Positions 41,489-51,399 are shown, numbered from the stretch's first letter. The stretch is 64,000 bases of DNA from a candidate division FCPU426 bacterium (GCA_963771075.1 CAVYSE010000018.1:192001-256000), one strand, 5' to 3'. Notes: generated from the letters alone by a model not told the origin. Numbers and translations: made by a program.

Positions 41489-42121
41489 ATGACGAAGTTA
41501 CTCAAAAACATAGGTCTGGGCGTTCTCGCCTCAGGTCTTTTTTTTGGTTCGGTTCTGGCTGTTTATGCGGATGATGCCGCAACGAAGGATGATAACGGCA
41601 CAGCCCAAAAGGGCGACCATGGATGGAACAAAAAGGGTTGTGGGGATATGTGGAAGAAAAAGTTCGGTTTAACCGACGACCAATCCCAAAAACTCAAGGA
41701 TCTTTTCAAGAAACAACGCGAAGATACCCAGGCCCTGGCCGATCAAGTCAAGGTAGACACAGACACACTGAGATTGAAGGTGGATACCAAGGCTTCTGAT
41801 GATGATATCAAAGCTCTCTTAGACACCCTCTCGGCTGATAAAAAGCAATTGAAGGCCAAGCGTGAAACCTTTAGCGACCAGTTCAAATCCATCCTGACAC
41901 CCACCCAGCAAGCCAAATTCCTACTCGAAAAAAGGGGACATTGGGGCCATGGAAAGTTTGGTTGTCCCGGCGAATTGAAAGGCCAGGGCGGTCCTGATGG
42001 CAAAAAGGGAACTGGCGTGAAACATAAAGGACACGGGAAGAAGAAAGGCGCTTCTACCGCTACCTCCACACCCACCGATAACGACGCATCCGCCACCCCG
42101 GCTTCTGGTGACACCAACTAA
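41489..42121 (+). CDS. Spy/CpxP family periplasmic chaperone
   Basis: Signal peptide; LTDDQ and ILTPTQQAKF (LTxxQ) motifs; GGAGG RBS. Confidence 0.85.
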   Translation: MTKLLKNIGLGVLASGLFFGSVLAVYADDAATKDDNGTAQKGDHGWNKKGCGDMWKKKFGLTDDQSQKLKDLFKKQREDTQALADQVKVDTDTLRLKVDTKASDDDIKALLDTLSADKKQLKAKRETFSDQFKSILTPTQQAKFLLEKRGHWGHGKFGCPGELKGQGGPDGKKGTGVKHKGHGKKKGASTATSTPTDNDASATPASGDTN

Positions 42122-42144
42122 TCCATCTTTTTAATAAGCAGGTC

Positions 42145-42181
42145 AAAGCCTTCCAGCTCCCCCGCTGGAAGGCTTTTTTTT
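42145..42181 (+). terminator. Intrinsic terminator
   Basis: AAAGCCTTCCAGC-loop-GCTGGAAGGCTTTTTTT. Confidence 0.85.
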
Positions 42182-42728
42182 GCCAATTTTTCTTCCAATG
42201 CCCTACAAAAGACCCTTATGCAAGGGGACTATTACGATAAAATGGTCAAAATCCTTCTCAACAAGCTTTTCAAGTAAATGAGAAAAGGGGGCCAGGCCAA
42301 CAGATAACACTTTAGGATGTTCACCTTTAATTACGTCCTTTTTCGGGTATCGCGTACATCACCCCGCCATCAACATCAGCTGACAGTCCGCCCATGAACC
42401 AGAACTCTACGAGTACGGTTCAGGGCGCGGCAGCCCTTCGAGAGCCTCAGGGCAGGTCGACAGGGAAGGCCCCAAAAGACAGACGGCCCCAATTGTCCGA
42501 AGCAATTGGGATCACCAAAACTTGCCTCTCACCTTGTGGGTTCGAGGCAGGAGACAGTCCGTAGCCCTTCGATGGTTCGATGCACTACGTTTACTCACCA
42601 CTCAGGGCGGGTTGGTTTTTGGCTATTGGAGATTGGGAAAAAAACAAGAATAGAGAAGGTGCTCCGGGCAAGTGAAGTTAGGGGTTAGAAGTTTTAGACA
42701 ATGCTAACAACCAAAAGCCAACATGGTT

Positions 42729-43133
42729 TCAAACGCGCCAAATTTCCAAAAACTCCGATGGGGATACGATGCGGGTTTTGCCGGCCGATCCATGGGGAAA
42801 ATCCTTTTTATTTCCAGTGACCAGGTAATCCGTTTTCGAGCCCAGGGCCACTTCCGCGAAAGCCTCATCCGTTGGGTCCGGAAGCCGTTTTTTGAGGGGA
42901 AGGGACGAGCCTAAGAGTCCCTTGGTCTCAAGAACGGCCAATAGGCGCGCTGTTTCGGCGGGATCAAACGCGAATTTCGGCCGGGCTAAGACCAGGTGAT
43001 ATTCCAGGAGAATCCGGACGTCATAACAAACCTGGAAACGCCCGGCGACCGCCATTTGAATGACCGTTCCGGAAGGGCCGCTGGGTTTGATCAGCCCTGA
43101 AACCAAAATATTAGTGTCGAGTACGGCCTTCAA
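42729..43133 (-). CDS. PIN-family toxin
   Basis: AVLDTNILVSG, LPDPTDEAFAEVA, YLVTGNKKDF. Confidence 0.9.
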   Translation of the reverse strand: MKAVLDTNILVSGLIKPSGPSGTVIQMAVAGRFQVCYDVRILLEYHLVLARPKFAFDPAETARLLAVLETKGLLGSSLPLKKRLPDPTDEAFAEVALGSKTDYLVTGNKKDFPHGSAGKTRIVSPSEFLEIWRV

Positions 43134-43258
43134 CCGCGAAGGCTCCGGCGCACCTTGCGGATTTCATCCTGGATCTCATGATCGGTCATCAAAGTCAAAC
43201 GCGGGTGTTTTGAACGTCCACTCGCCAAAGAAGCGTGGCGATTTTTAGATGACAACAT
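43130..43258 (-). pseudogene. Truncated antitoxin (C-terminal remnant)
   Basis: ...MTDHEIQDEIRKVRRSLRG* overlaps the PIN start; resembles C-termini of antitoxins upstream of such PINs. Confidence 0.5.
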
Positions 43259-43401
43259 CGCGTTTAACAAGCCAATTTGATAAACGGCTCGGCTTTTAAT
43301 CTAATAGACTTAATTGAGGTAAAAAATAAGGACATTAAGGCTTATATAAATATAAATAAGTGAATAAAAACCTTATATTTAGGCTATAATAAAAGACATT
43401 T

Positions 43402-44571
43402 ATGAGGACATTTAAAGAGACACATCCGTGGATAAAATTCGATTTCGACCTAAAAAAGGCCGATTCTGGGCTTTGGCTTGCCCTGGGAGAGGCCGATTCC
43501 AAGTGTGAGCATATCGCCGGGGTACCTTTAAGGCCGCAAACCGCCAAAGAATTACTAACTTTGTATCTGGCCCGTGGCATCAGGGCCACGACTGCTATTG
43601 AGGGGAACACCCTTTCCGAAGCAGAGGTTCTTAGCCGTATCGAGGGTAAAAAGGTATTGCCCCCTTCCAAGGAATACCTGGGCATTGAGATAGACAACAT
43701 CCTTCGCGTTTATAACCGGATGGTCGAAGGCATTATCCAAAAGAAAATTGGCTTACCCGATGCGGAAACCATCTGCAGTTTCAACCGCGAAGTACTGAAA
43801 GATCTTCAACTTCAAAAAGATGTCGTGCCTGGCACGATCCGCAAACACGGGGTAGGCGTCGGGCTTTATCGGGGCGCGCCGCAGGAGGATTGCGAATACC
43901 TTCTTGAGCGTCTTTGCGAATGGATAAGGTCAAAAGATTTTCCCGCGTCTCGATACCCGGGTGTGGTCGGCGGGGTTATCACCGCGGTGGTCGCTCACAT
44001 TTATTTTGAATGGATTCATCCCTTTGGCGACGGTAACGGCCGGACGGGCCGTTTAATTGAACTTAAAATTCTTTTGGAGTCAGGTATTCCGCAACCAGCG
44101 GCCCATCTTTTAAGTAATCATTACAACGCGACCAGGACTGAATATTACCGGCAGTTGGAAAATGCCAGCGTCAATGGCGGCGATATCCTTCCGTTTCTTC
44201 AATATGCGGTTCAGGGTTTTGTGGACGGTCTTCGAGAACAATTAAAAACTATACGAAAACAACAATTTGATGTTACTTGGAACAATTACATTTTTCGAAA
44301 ATTCAAAGACAAAGAAGGTAAAAACGACAAAAGGAAACTTCTGTTAATGTTGGCGCTCTCCAATGTTGAAGGAGAAATCTCAACCCGGGAAATAACCCGC
44401 TTAAATGCTGAGTTGGCTTTGGCATATCGAGATAAGACAAGTAAAACATTAACCAGGGATTTAAACGACCTCAAGGAAATGGATTTGATTGAATCAAAGC
44501 GCGGGAGCGTAAAAGCCAAGAGAGAAACAATTTTGGCTTTCCTGCCCCTTCGAAAAGAATGGTTCTTATGA
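43402..44571 (+). CDS. Fic family protein
   Basis: HPFGDGNGRTGR motif; TTAIEGN. Confidence 0.95.
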   Translation: MRTFKETHPWIKFDFDLKKADSGLWLALGEADSKCEHIAGVPLRPQTAKELLTLYLARGIRATTAIEGNTLSEAEVLSRIEGKKVLPPSKEYLGIEIDNILRVYNRMVEGIIQKKIGLPDAETICSFNREVLKDLQLQKDVVPGTIRKHGVGVGLYRGAPQEDCEYLLERLCEWIRSKDFPASRYPGVVGGVITAVVAHIYFEWIHPFGDGNGRTGRLIELKILLESGIPQPAAHLLSNHYNATRTEYYRQLENASVNGGDILPFLQYAVQGFVDGLREQLKTIRKQQFDVTWNNYIFRKFKDKEGKNDKRKLLLMLALSNVEGEISTREITRLNAELALAYRDKTSKTLTRDLNDLKEMDLIESKRGSVKAKRETILAFLPLRKEWFL

Positions 44572-44736
44572 AAATCCCCTATGTGATCGACAACCAAAAT
44601 AACCGCATGGCCGACATATTAAGCGCGCTCCTGACGGAACACCGAGACCGGTCCTTGGATGTGGCGACCGCTTAATTTACGGTTGGCGGTTTTGGTTTGT
44701 TGAAAGAAGGTTTGTCCCATTTTGGAAGTTTTCGTC
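44568..44736 (+). pseudogene. N-terminal remnant of a PLD-SNF2-type helicase
   Basis: MKIPYVIDNQNNRMADIL...LDVATA*FTVGGFGLLKEGL..FR; TAA at 44673 where Tyr is expected; ATGA overlap with Fic. Confidence 0.6.
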
Positions 44737-45023
44737 CTGACTTCTTTTGTTTTAGGGTTAGTCATTAATTATTTATATTTTCTTTGCGCTTTGCTTATCC
44801 CACGGATTGTTTTATAGGATCAAGTGACAGTCCCGATGATCCCCCCGATAAGTCCCGACAGTCCCTCATCAAACAAAAACTGTTGTCTTTTTGTCCGATT
44901 GAAAGGTTCAACCAACCCGCCGGCCTAAAAAAATAAACCCCTGTTCATTTTTTGTTTTTCTTCTCTTTTCCCCGGGTGTTTACTAAGCCCATCTACCACG
45001 CAATTCTATTTTTGGAGGTCCCC

Positions 45024-48000
45024 ATGACTTCAGCCGCGCCCAGCCAGCCGCAGGTCGAAACTCCCGTCCCGCCGGATATCCGAATCTTCCAAATAGGGGA
45101 CTTGTTCGTTCCCGATTGGAACCCCAGGAAAACCATCATCCCGTGGGATTTGGCCAACCTGGTCGCCTTTATGAATTCGGGCGGGAAACCGCCCCGGATC
45201 ACCGTTTGGAAAGGGGAAGATAAACTCTCTCGGGCCGAGGCCACAAGCCAAGGCCCAGGGTTGAGAAGTGCCGGTTCCATAGGGGAAGAACAGGCCTCTC
45301 GGGCCGAGGCCACAAGCCAAGGCCCAGGGTTGAGAAGTGCCGGTTCCATAGGGGAAGAACAGGCCTCTCGGGCCGAGGCCACAAGCCAAGGCCCAGGGTT
45401 GAGAAGTGCCGGTTCCATAGGGGAAGAACAGGCCTCTCGGGCCGAGGCCACAAGCCAAGGCCCAGGGTTGAGAAGTGCCGGTTCCAAAGGGGAACCGGCC
45501 CAATGGGCAATTATCGAAGGCCAAATGCGTTTACTGGCCGCCCAACAGCTGGGCTGGACCCACATGGAAGCCGAGGTGGTGGATTGCACCCTGATCGATG
45601 CCAAGACCAGGGCCTTTACCTCGAACAACCAAAATAAGCCCTTATGGCTCGATACGGATCTGGGCATTACGATGCTTTTTTACGAATTAAAGAACCAGGG
45701 TGTCACCCAAGAGGCTTTGGCAGGTAGGTTGGGTAGGTCAGAATCCAAGGTTAGCAGGGCTATAAAGATCACAAATGCCCTCACTCAAGTTTCCAAAGAC
45801 CTAATCTACCAAAATCTTCAAAAAACCCTTAAAAATGGAGTTGCGCCTCGCAAGTCGAAAAATAAGGGTTTTTTGATTACCGAAAACCACCTATTGGCTT
45901 TGGCCGATTTGGAGGACCCTGCCAAGGTTGAAAAGGCCCTCGGGGTGGTTTTGGATGACTACCTGACTGAGGCCCAAACCAAAAACCTTATCAAAAAGAT
46001 CAAGGCGGGGAATACACCGGTAACCATTGACTCCGATAAGCCGGTAAAAATCGCCGTTGAAACCCCCAAGGCCGATGTGGGGGTACCCAAGGTAGATTCC
46101 CCAGCCCAAACGGCCAATTCCCCATCGGAGCTGGCGCCGTTACCCGTTGATCCTTCGGACCAAGGGCTTCAACATGCCCCTGACCCGAGGTCTCAAACCG
46201 AAGGACACGGTTTGGGTGTACCCACCCCTAAACAAGGGATGGGTACAGGTTCGGCCCAGCCCGCCCCCGAAGTTACCCCCCAAAACCCTTCCGCCGAAGG
46301 TAGTGACTCTACTCCTCTTATAAAAACCCCAGAAGAGAAGGATAAAGAAGATGTCCAACAAGCGCCCCCCACCCCTCCAAAATCCGGCTTCTGGAATGCC
46401 CTGAAACAAGTCTGGCAGGGCTTTGCCGGGGCAGGTCTTAAAGCCTTCTTTGCTTCTGGCCCGAAGCCAGCCGATTCCACTATGGAATCGGCACAGTCAT
46501 ACCAAGCCCCCAATGGGCTTGGTACAGCCCAACCTTCATCACCCGTTTTGAGAACGGGTGATGGGGCGAATCCCGGGCCTCAGCTTGGGGTTTCGGCCCA
46601 GACGCAAGCCAAGGCCATCGAATCGGGTGACCCAGTTTCTAAACAGACTGATGCCCCAGGATCTAAAACAAATCCTGGGGAAGTTTCATTCTTTTGGGGC
46701 ACAATGGCTGGCATCCCCTGGATCAAGGCCATTCGGGCAAAGATCAAATCAGGGCAAGACCTCACCCTTTGGGAAAAGCTGTTTCTGGTGGCGGCCTTCT
46801 TTGGGCGGATCTTGCATTGGACCTGGCATAAGACATGGCCCCGGACCAAGTGGTTCTTCGGGTTGGTTTGGCAATACATGAAAATAGGCTTGAACGCCAC
46901 CCTAAGGTTCTTGGGAGAAGTGGTGGGCAAGCCCGCCAAAAAAGTGATCCAGGGCGTGGTGGGTATCGTCTTGGTGTTGGGTCTCGCTTATGGGCTCTAT
47001 CTATTCTTCTTCCACCCGGCGGGGCTAAGGGGCTTGTTGAGCCGGACCGCCTCCGGGGCAATCCATTGGGTAGGGTCTTGGGTAAACCCTTGGGAAGGGG
47101 ATACGCACACCGATTCAACTAAGGAATCGGTGCAATCATACCAAGCCCCCAATGGGCTTGGTACAGCCCAACCTTCATCACCCGTTTTGAGAACGGGTAA
47201 TGGGGCGAATCCCGGGACTCAGCTTGGGGCTTCGGCCCAGACGCAAGTTTCGAGACAAGCCTTGGCAGTACCCATATCTAAACCAGATATGGGTATGCCG
47301 GTGCCGACTGCGGTACCTACCGTAGTTCCCACGCCTGAGATTGTTAAAACTAAACACCTAAAACTCAAAACTTCTAAATCTTTGAAAAAGGCCGTTCCGG
47401 CGGCTGTGGTTTCAAATCAAAACCCAACACCTAAAACCGAGAACACGGCCGCATCATCGGCCCTACCCGGCGCACCCGCCACGGGGGAAGAGGCGGCGTG
47501 GGTGGCCGAGCTCATCCCCGCTTTTCACCCGCCCTTCCTGGTGAAGCCTTTGGATCTTCAGCCCGACCCAACCATTTCCCCCGTCATGGTCCAGAAAAGG
47601 CTTTCCGAAATCCAAGACCCCGAAAGGTTCCGTGTTTACGTGGGGCATGACCGCCAAACGGTGAAATCCATGAACGTGGACGATGGCGGAATGGACCTAT
47701 TCTTCAACGGCTCCTTCGGCGGGCTTTTGGGCGACTCATCCAGCTTTCGGTTCTTCTGGGAGGACGTGCAGGGCATCCGCCTGGCGACGGTGGAGGTTTC
47801 GGGCGACAAGCCGCAAACGCTCTGCTTTTGCGCGCTGGAAGTGAAGACCAAGAAAAAAATGGCGGCCTTCGAGTGCGATCCGGGGGACGTGGCCCATTTG
47901 GTGTCGGCCCTGGCGGCGCAGTTCAAAAGCTCCACGAAAAGGGAGGTATCGGTGGCGCCCCTGCCTTACCTGAACCAGGGTATGTGGCTGGGCGGGCAGA

Positions 48001-48323
48001 ACCAGGTGGATGGGATGTGGTGGGAAAGCCCGGCGGGGCGGTCGCAAGAGGTGAAACTGCGCTTTACCCCGGCGGACTGGCAAAGGCCTACGACCGGCGG
48101 CGGAATCCGCCTGGGGGATTACCTTTGGAGCCTGGGCGTGAACCAGGATAACCAAACCGGGAAGGATGAATTTCTCAGGCAGTTGGGCGGAATGGCCTCG
48201 GGACCGGCGACCCTATTCGTGGTGGGCCCGGAGGATTGGCGCAAGGCCCGGAATGCCGAGACCGGCCCCGAAAACGATCCATTCAATCCTCCCCGCAGGG
48301 CGGTGCGGCTGGCGGCGCCGTGA
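45024..48323 (+). CDS. ParB/Srx-like N-terminal domain + HTH, membrane-anchored large protein
   Basis: GGAGG RBS; NPRK, PPRITV, WAIIEGQMRLLAA, TQEALAGRLGRSESKVSR HTH; TM segments; long low-complexity regions. Confidence 0.7.
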   Translation: MTSAAPSQPQVETPVPPDIRIFQIGDLFVPDWNPRKTIIPWDLANLVAFMNSGGKPPRITVWKGEDKLSRAEATSQGPGLRSAGSIGEEQASRAEATSQGPGLRSAGSIGEEQASRAEATSQGPGLRSAGSIGEEQASRAEATSQGPGLRSAGSKGEPAQWAIIEGQMRLLAAQQLGWTHMEAEVVDCTLIDAKTRAFTSNNQNKPLWLDTDLGITMLFYELKNQGVTQEALAGRLGRSESKVSRAIKITNALTQVSKDLIYQNLQKTLKNGVAPRKSKNKGFLITENHLLALADLEDPAKVEKALGVVLDDYLTEAQTKNLIKKIKAGNTPVTIDSDKPVKIAVETPKADVGVPKVDSPAQTANSPSELAPLPVDPSDQGLQHAPDPRSQTEGHGLGVPTPKQGMGTGSAQPAPEVTPQNPSAEGSDSTPLIKTPEEKDKEDVQQAPPTPPKSGFWNALKQVWQGFAGAGLKAFFASGPKPADSTMESAQSYQAPNGLGTAQPSSPVLRTGDGANPGPQLGVSAQTQAKAIESGDPVSKQTDAPGSKTNPGEVSFFWGTMAGIPWIKAIRAKIKSGQDLTLWEKLFLVAAFFGRILHWTWHKTWPRTKWFFGLVWQYMKIGLNATLRFLGEVVGKPAKKVIQGVVGIVLVLGLAYGLYLFFFHPAGLRGLLSRTASGAIHWVGSWVNPWEGDTHTDSTKESVQSYQAPNGLGTAQPSSPVLRTGNGANPGTQLGASAQTQVSRQALAVPISKPDMGMPVPTAVPTVVPTPEIVKTKHLKLKTSKSLKKAVPAAVVSNQNPTPKTENTAASSALPGAPATGEEAAWVAELIPAFHPPFLVKPLDLQPDPTISPVMVQKRLSEIQDPERFRVYVGHDRQTVKSMNVDDGGMDLFFNGSFGGLLGDSSSFRFFWEDVQGIRLATVEVSGDKPQTLCFCALEVKTKKKMAAFECDPGDVAHLVSALAAQFKSSTKREVSVAPLPYLNQGMWLGGQNQVDGMWWESPAGRSQEVKLRFTPADWQRPTTGGGIRLGDYLWSLGVNQDNQTGKDEFLRQLGGMASGPATLFVVGPEDWRKARNAETGPENDPFNPPRRAVRLAAP
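45227..45486 (+). repeat. Perfect 69-bp tandem repeat (~3.8 copies), in frame
   Basis: Encodes SRAEATSQGPGLRSAGSIGEEQA repeats. Confidence 0.95.
46471..47247 (+). repeat. 138-bp direct repeat (46471-46608 and 47110-47247)
   Basis: Both encode SYQAPNGLGTAQPSSPVLRTG.GANPG.QLG.SAQTQ. Confidence 0.9.
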
Positions 48324-48374
48324 GGGAGGCGGCGGCCTGGAATAGAACGATAAACGAACGGTGATAAATTTTTG

Positions 48375-48675
48375 AATGCTTATCCGAACAGCGCCCGCTA
48401 GTTACGCGAAAACGGCTTTTCAATATTCCCCCCTTCCCCCATGCCCCATTGGAAAGAATGACATGGGGCATGGGGACGTCCCCATTTACATTTTTTAATA
48501 CTTAATGGTGAAATGGGGGTGAAAAGGGGGGAAGGGGGGTATTAGCCGTTACGGTGGAATTGGCGGAAAAGCTAACTCCCCCTTTTTCCCCCTCTTTCAG
48601 AGGGGGAGAACAGTGTATGGCCTGCGGATGAATACAAAAGTCCATTAACCAACGGGCGCTGTTCGGATAAGCATG
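48375..48675. mobile_element. MITE, ~300 bp
   Basis: Perfect 22-bp inverted repeats ATGCTTATCCGAACAGCGCCCG (48376-48397 / 48653-48674), flanked by direct repeat AATTTTTG. Confidence 0.8.
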
Positions 48676-48822
48676 AATTTTTGAAATTGACTGAAAAACA
48701 GGATTTTGCGGATTTTCCCTTTTTATCCCCCTTGCGACTCTATGCTAAAATTCCATGCTTTTATTTGAGAAACAAAAGCCGCTTATTTGAAATGAACGGG
48801 GAGCGAATCCGGTTTGAAAGCT

Positions 48823-50160
48823 ATGAATATGAAAATCCGAACGCTATATATTTCCCTCGCTCTTTCGGGGATCTTATTCAATCCCCATCAGGTTCAAGGC
48901 CAAGAAACCCGCGCCCTCGAGGATGTCTTTCCCATTATTTCCCCTTCCTATAACCTGCCCGGAAGTGATGATACCCGTTTCCAACATTTGAACTTCAGGT
49001 TTGGGTGGACCGACAAAGCCCCCTTTCAAATCGCGGTTCAAATCTCAAACCCGACCTATGGGGATCAAAAGATCAAATTCGCCGTAAAAGACCTAACCAC
49101 ATCCCAATCCGTTTTATTGGATCCGGACCACAACGCGTATTTTATCAACGAAACCCTGCGGCCGAATTCGGAGGGGAACATTTGGTCGGGGGAAGTTAAA
49201 AGCCTGTCGGATGAATTCGCGTTAAAGGTTTGGGACGCTAATGGCGATTCGTTCCAGAAAGACCCCATTACGATTTTAAACGAATGGACGGACCCAACCC
49301 GCTTCCTCAAGTCGCGTCACTCCAAGAAACCCGGGGCGACGCCAACCCCCAAGGGGGATAGGCCCGCCGAATCCGTAGGCCGAACCACCCAGCCCATGGC
49401 TCCTGACAATATCACGCCGCCCGGGAACACTGCCACGCCCACCCTCACCCTTACGGCGACCCCCTGCCAAACTCCCGCCCCTTTTTTCAAATGCGCTTTG
49501 TCGCTTCTGGGGGATTCTTATACGGGTTATGGCGGAACGAGCCCGGACGATAAAAGCTATAGGAGCCTGACCATCCAAACGATGCAAAGATGGTATCCCG
49601 GGGTGGAATGCAATATCGGTACGGAGTTCATTCGGGAGGGAGCCGAACCCGGGAGCTGGGCGAATGAAATAGGCCTTCGGTTGGATCAATTGATCCAAAA
49701 CAATAAAAACCTTCCGATCGCTTACATGGTATTTCAAACGGGTAACAGCTGTTTTTATTACGCGCCGGATCCGGGCCATGACGGCTGCAAAGGGGCTTCC
49801 GTCTCCCAAGGCGTTTCTATTTCATATATATATAAAGAGAATATGGATAAAGTGATCAGGACCCTATATTCCAAATTGCCCAATGTCCATTTGGTGGTGC
49901 TGGACATCGCGGATACGTCCGGGGGGGCGGGCCATTTTGCTCCCCCGGAAGTATATGAGGCGTACCGGCAACGGCTTTTTGAGCTGAAAACCAAGTATCC
50001 GCGGATGAGAATCGCCGATATTTATAAGGCGATCGGCGACCATAGCGAGTATTTTAACCATAATCCAACGCTTGATAAGGAACACCCGAATGAAGCGGGG
50101 TTTGCCATTTACGCAAGATGTGTTTTGGACCAGTTTGCCAATTGGCCTTTCAAGCCGTAG
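48823..50160 (+). CDS. Secreted SGNH/GDSL hydrolase with N-terminal domain and Thr/Pro linker
   Basis: LLGDSYT, QTGNS, DKEHPNEAG. Confidence 0.8.
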   Translation: MNMKIRTLYISLALSGILFNPHQVQGQETRALEDVFPIISPSYNLPGSDDTRFQHLNFRFGWTDKAPFQIAVQISNPTYGDQKIKFAVKDLTTSQSVLLDPDHNAYFINETLRPNSEGNIWSGEVKSLSDEFALKVWDANGDSFQKDPITILNEWTDPTRFLKSRHSKKPGATPTPKGDRPAESVGRTTQPMAPDNITPPGNTATPTLTLTATPCQTPAPFFKCALSLLGDSYTGYGGTSPDDKSYRSLTIQTMQRWYPGVECNIGTEFIREGAEPGSWANEIGLRLDQLIQNNKNLPIAYMVFQTGNSCFYYAPDPGHDGCKGASVSQGVSISYIYKENMDKVIRTLYSKLPNVHLVVLDIADTSGGAGHFAPPEVYEAYRQRLFELKTKYPRMRIADIYKAIGDHSEYFNHNPTLDKEHPNEAGFAIYARCVLDQFANWPFKP

Positions 50161-50235
50161 AGATAAATTTCGCGGTGATTGGGCCTTGAATGAATCAAAT
50201 TCGCCTGGGCTTGGGACGGAAAGAGGATCGAAGCG

Positions 50236-51372
50236 ATGACTAACGACCTTTTGGATCTTTTAGGTCAGTTTTACCAGAAGGGACGCTTGAGCGTCCTGAA
50301 GCCGACACCCAAGGGCGGTTTTGAGGTGAACGCCACTTTTCTCCAGCACCTGTGCGGACAAAAGTGCCTGGATATCCCCATACCGGCCGGTCCCGTTTTT
50401 TTCGCCCTGGGCTATCAACTGAGCTGGGTTTACGCTTCCTTCTTCAGGTTTTTCAATCCCGAGGCCGTCGAGAACCATTGGTACGAGAACCCGGGCAACG
50501 CGGTCGCCCTCAACCAGGAAGCCCTGGATCTCTTGATCGCCTTCGCCGACCCCCAAAATGACGACACCCTCCTGTTCGTGATGGTCGAGGTGATGGGAAA
50601 TCCGCCCGGGAAGGAAGAGCCCCTGAAGGCCAAGATGAGGCGGCTGGACCTGATTTATGAGACCTTTGACGGCATGGATGTGCTCAAAAAGATCAAACCT
50701 TATTTCGCCTTCTGGTCCGCGCAAGTTCCCGACGCCAAATGGATCAACCCCGGCATGGCCTTTTTAAAGCACTCGCTCGTGAACGGAAAACCCCTGCATA
50801 TTCCCATGCCCCTGCCCGCCCATGAGCACGGCGGGTCCGCGAGGGTTGAAATCGACGAACGGGAAGGGCAAATGTGGCGTTACATGAGTAAGCCGGGGAC
50901 GGGGTCCGCCCGGAGCCCGGAAGCGGTCAAGGTCTCCGAGTCCTTTTCGATCCCCGCGGCGGCCTCCCCGATGAAGGGCCCGAAAGGGCTGGAGGCCCTC
51001 AAGGCCATCCCCCTGATTCCGGTCACCGTGGAAAATGCCCAGGTCCCGGAGGCTTCCCCAACCGCCCCGGCACCCGCGCTTTCGGAGGCGGCGCCCGCCC
51101 CGGAAGAATCCCGCCCGATCCCGGCTTTACCCTTGTCCTCGGGGTATGAGGAGGTCCCGCCAACGCCGCCGCCCGCGGATATCCGGAAAACCTGCCCGGA
51201 ATGCGCGGCCGAAAAACGGGGAAACCCAGCGCGTTTTGAACCGAGCCAGTCCTGGATCCAGATCTTTTTCCACATCAAGGGGATCAAGCCCAACGGGCAC
51301 GGGTGGGGCGATTTGGTGGGGGCTGAAAAAAGGGCCCGTGAAATCAAGGAAACGTTCGACCGGGGAGAGTGA
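50236..51372 (+). CDS. Hypothetical protein (possible degenerate nuclease fold, Pro-rich linker, CxxC tail)
   Basis: 378 aa with host-like codon use; NQEALDLLIAF...VMVEVMG; CPEC. Confidence 0.6.
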   Translation: MTNDLLDLLGQFYQKGRLSVLKPTPKGGFEVNATFLQHLCGQKCLDIPIPAGPVFFALGYQLSWVYASFFRFFNPEAVENHWYENPGNAVALNQEALDLLIAFADPQNDDTLLFVMVEVMGNPPGKEEPLKAKMRRLDLIYETFDGMDVLKKIKPYFAFWSAQVPDAKWINPGMAFLKHSLVNGKPLHIPMPLPAHEHGGSARVEIDEREGQMWRYMSKPGTGSARSPEAVKVSESFSIPAAASPMKGPKGLEALKAIPLIPVTVENAQVPEASPTAPAPALSEAAPAPEESRPIPALPLSSGYEEVPPTPPPADIRKTCPECAAEKRGNPARFEPSQSWIQIFFHIKGIKPNGHGWGDLVGAEKRAREIKETFDRGE

Positions 51373-51399
51373 CGACCCGGGCCTCACCCTAGCCTCCTG

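Larger units (their letters stand above)
41026..42255 (+). repeat. 29-bp direct repeat flanking the Spy gene
   Basis: GACTATTACGATAAAATGGTCRAAATCCT at 41026-41054 and 42227-42255 (28/29). Confidence 0.85.

Noticed and set aside
45227..45486. Possible CRISPR array
   Set aside because: Units are fully identical with no unique spacers, are in frame within a CDS, and no cas genes are visible
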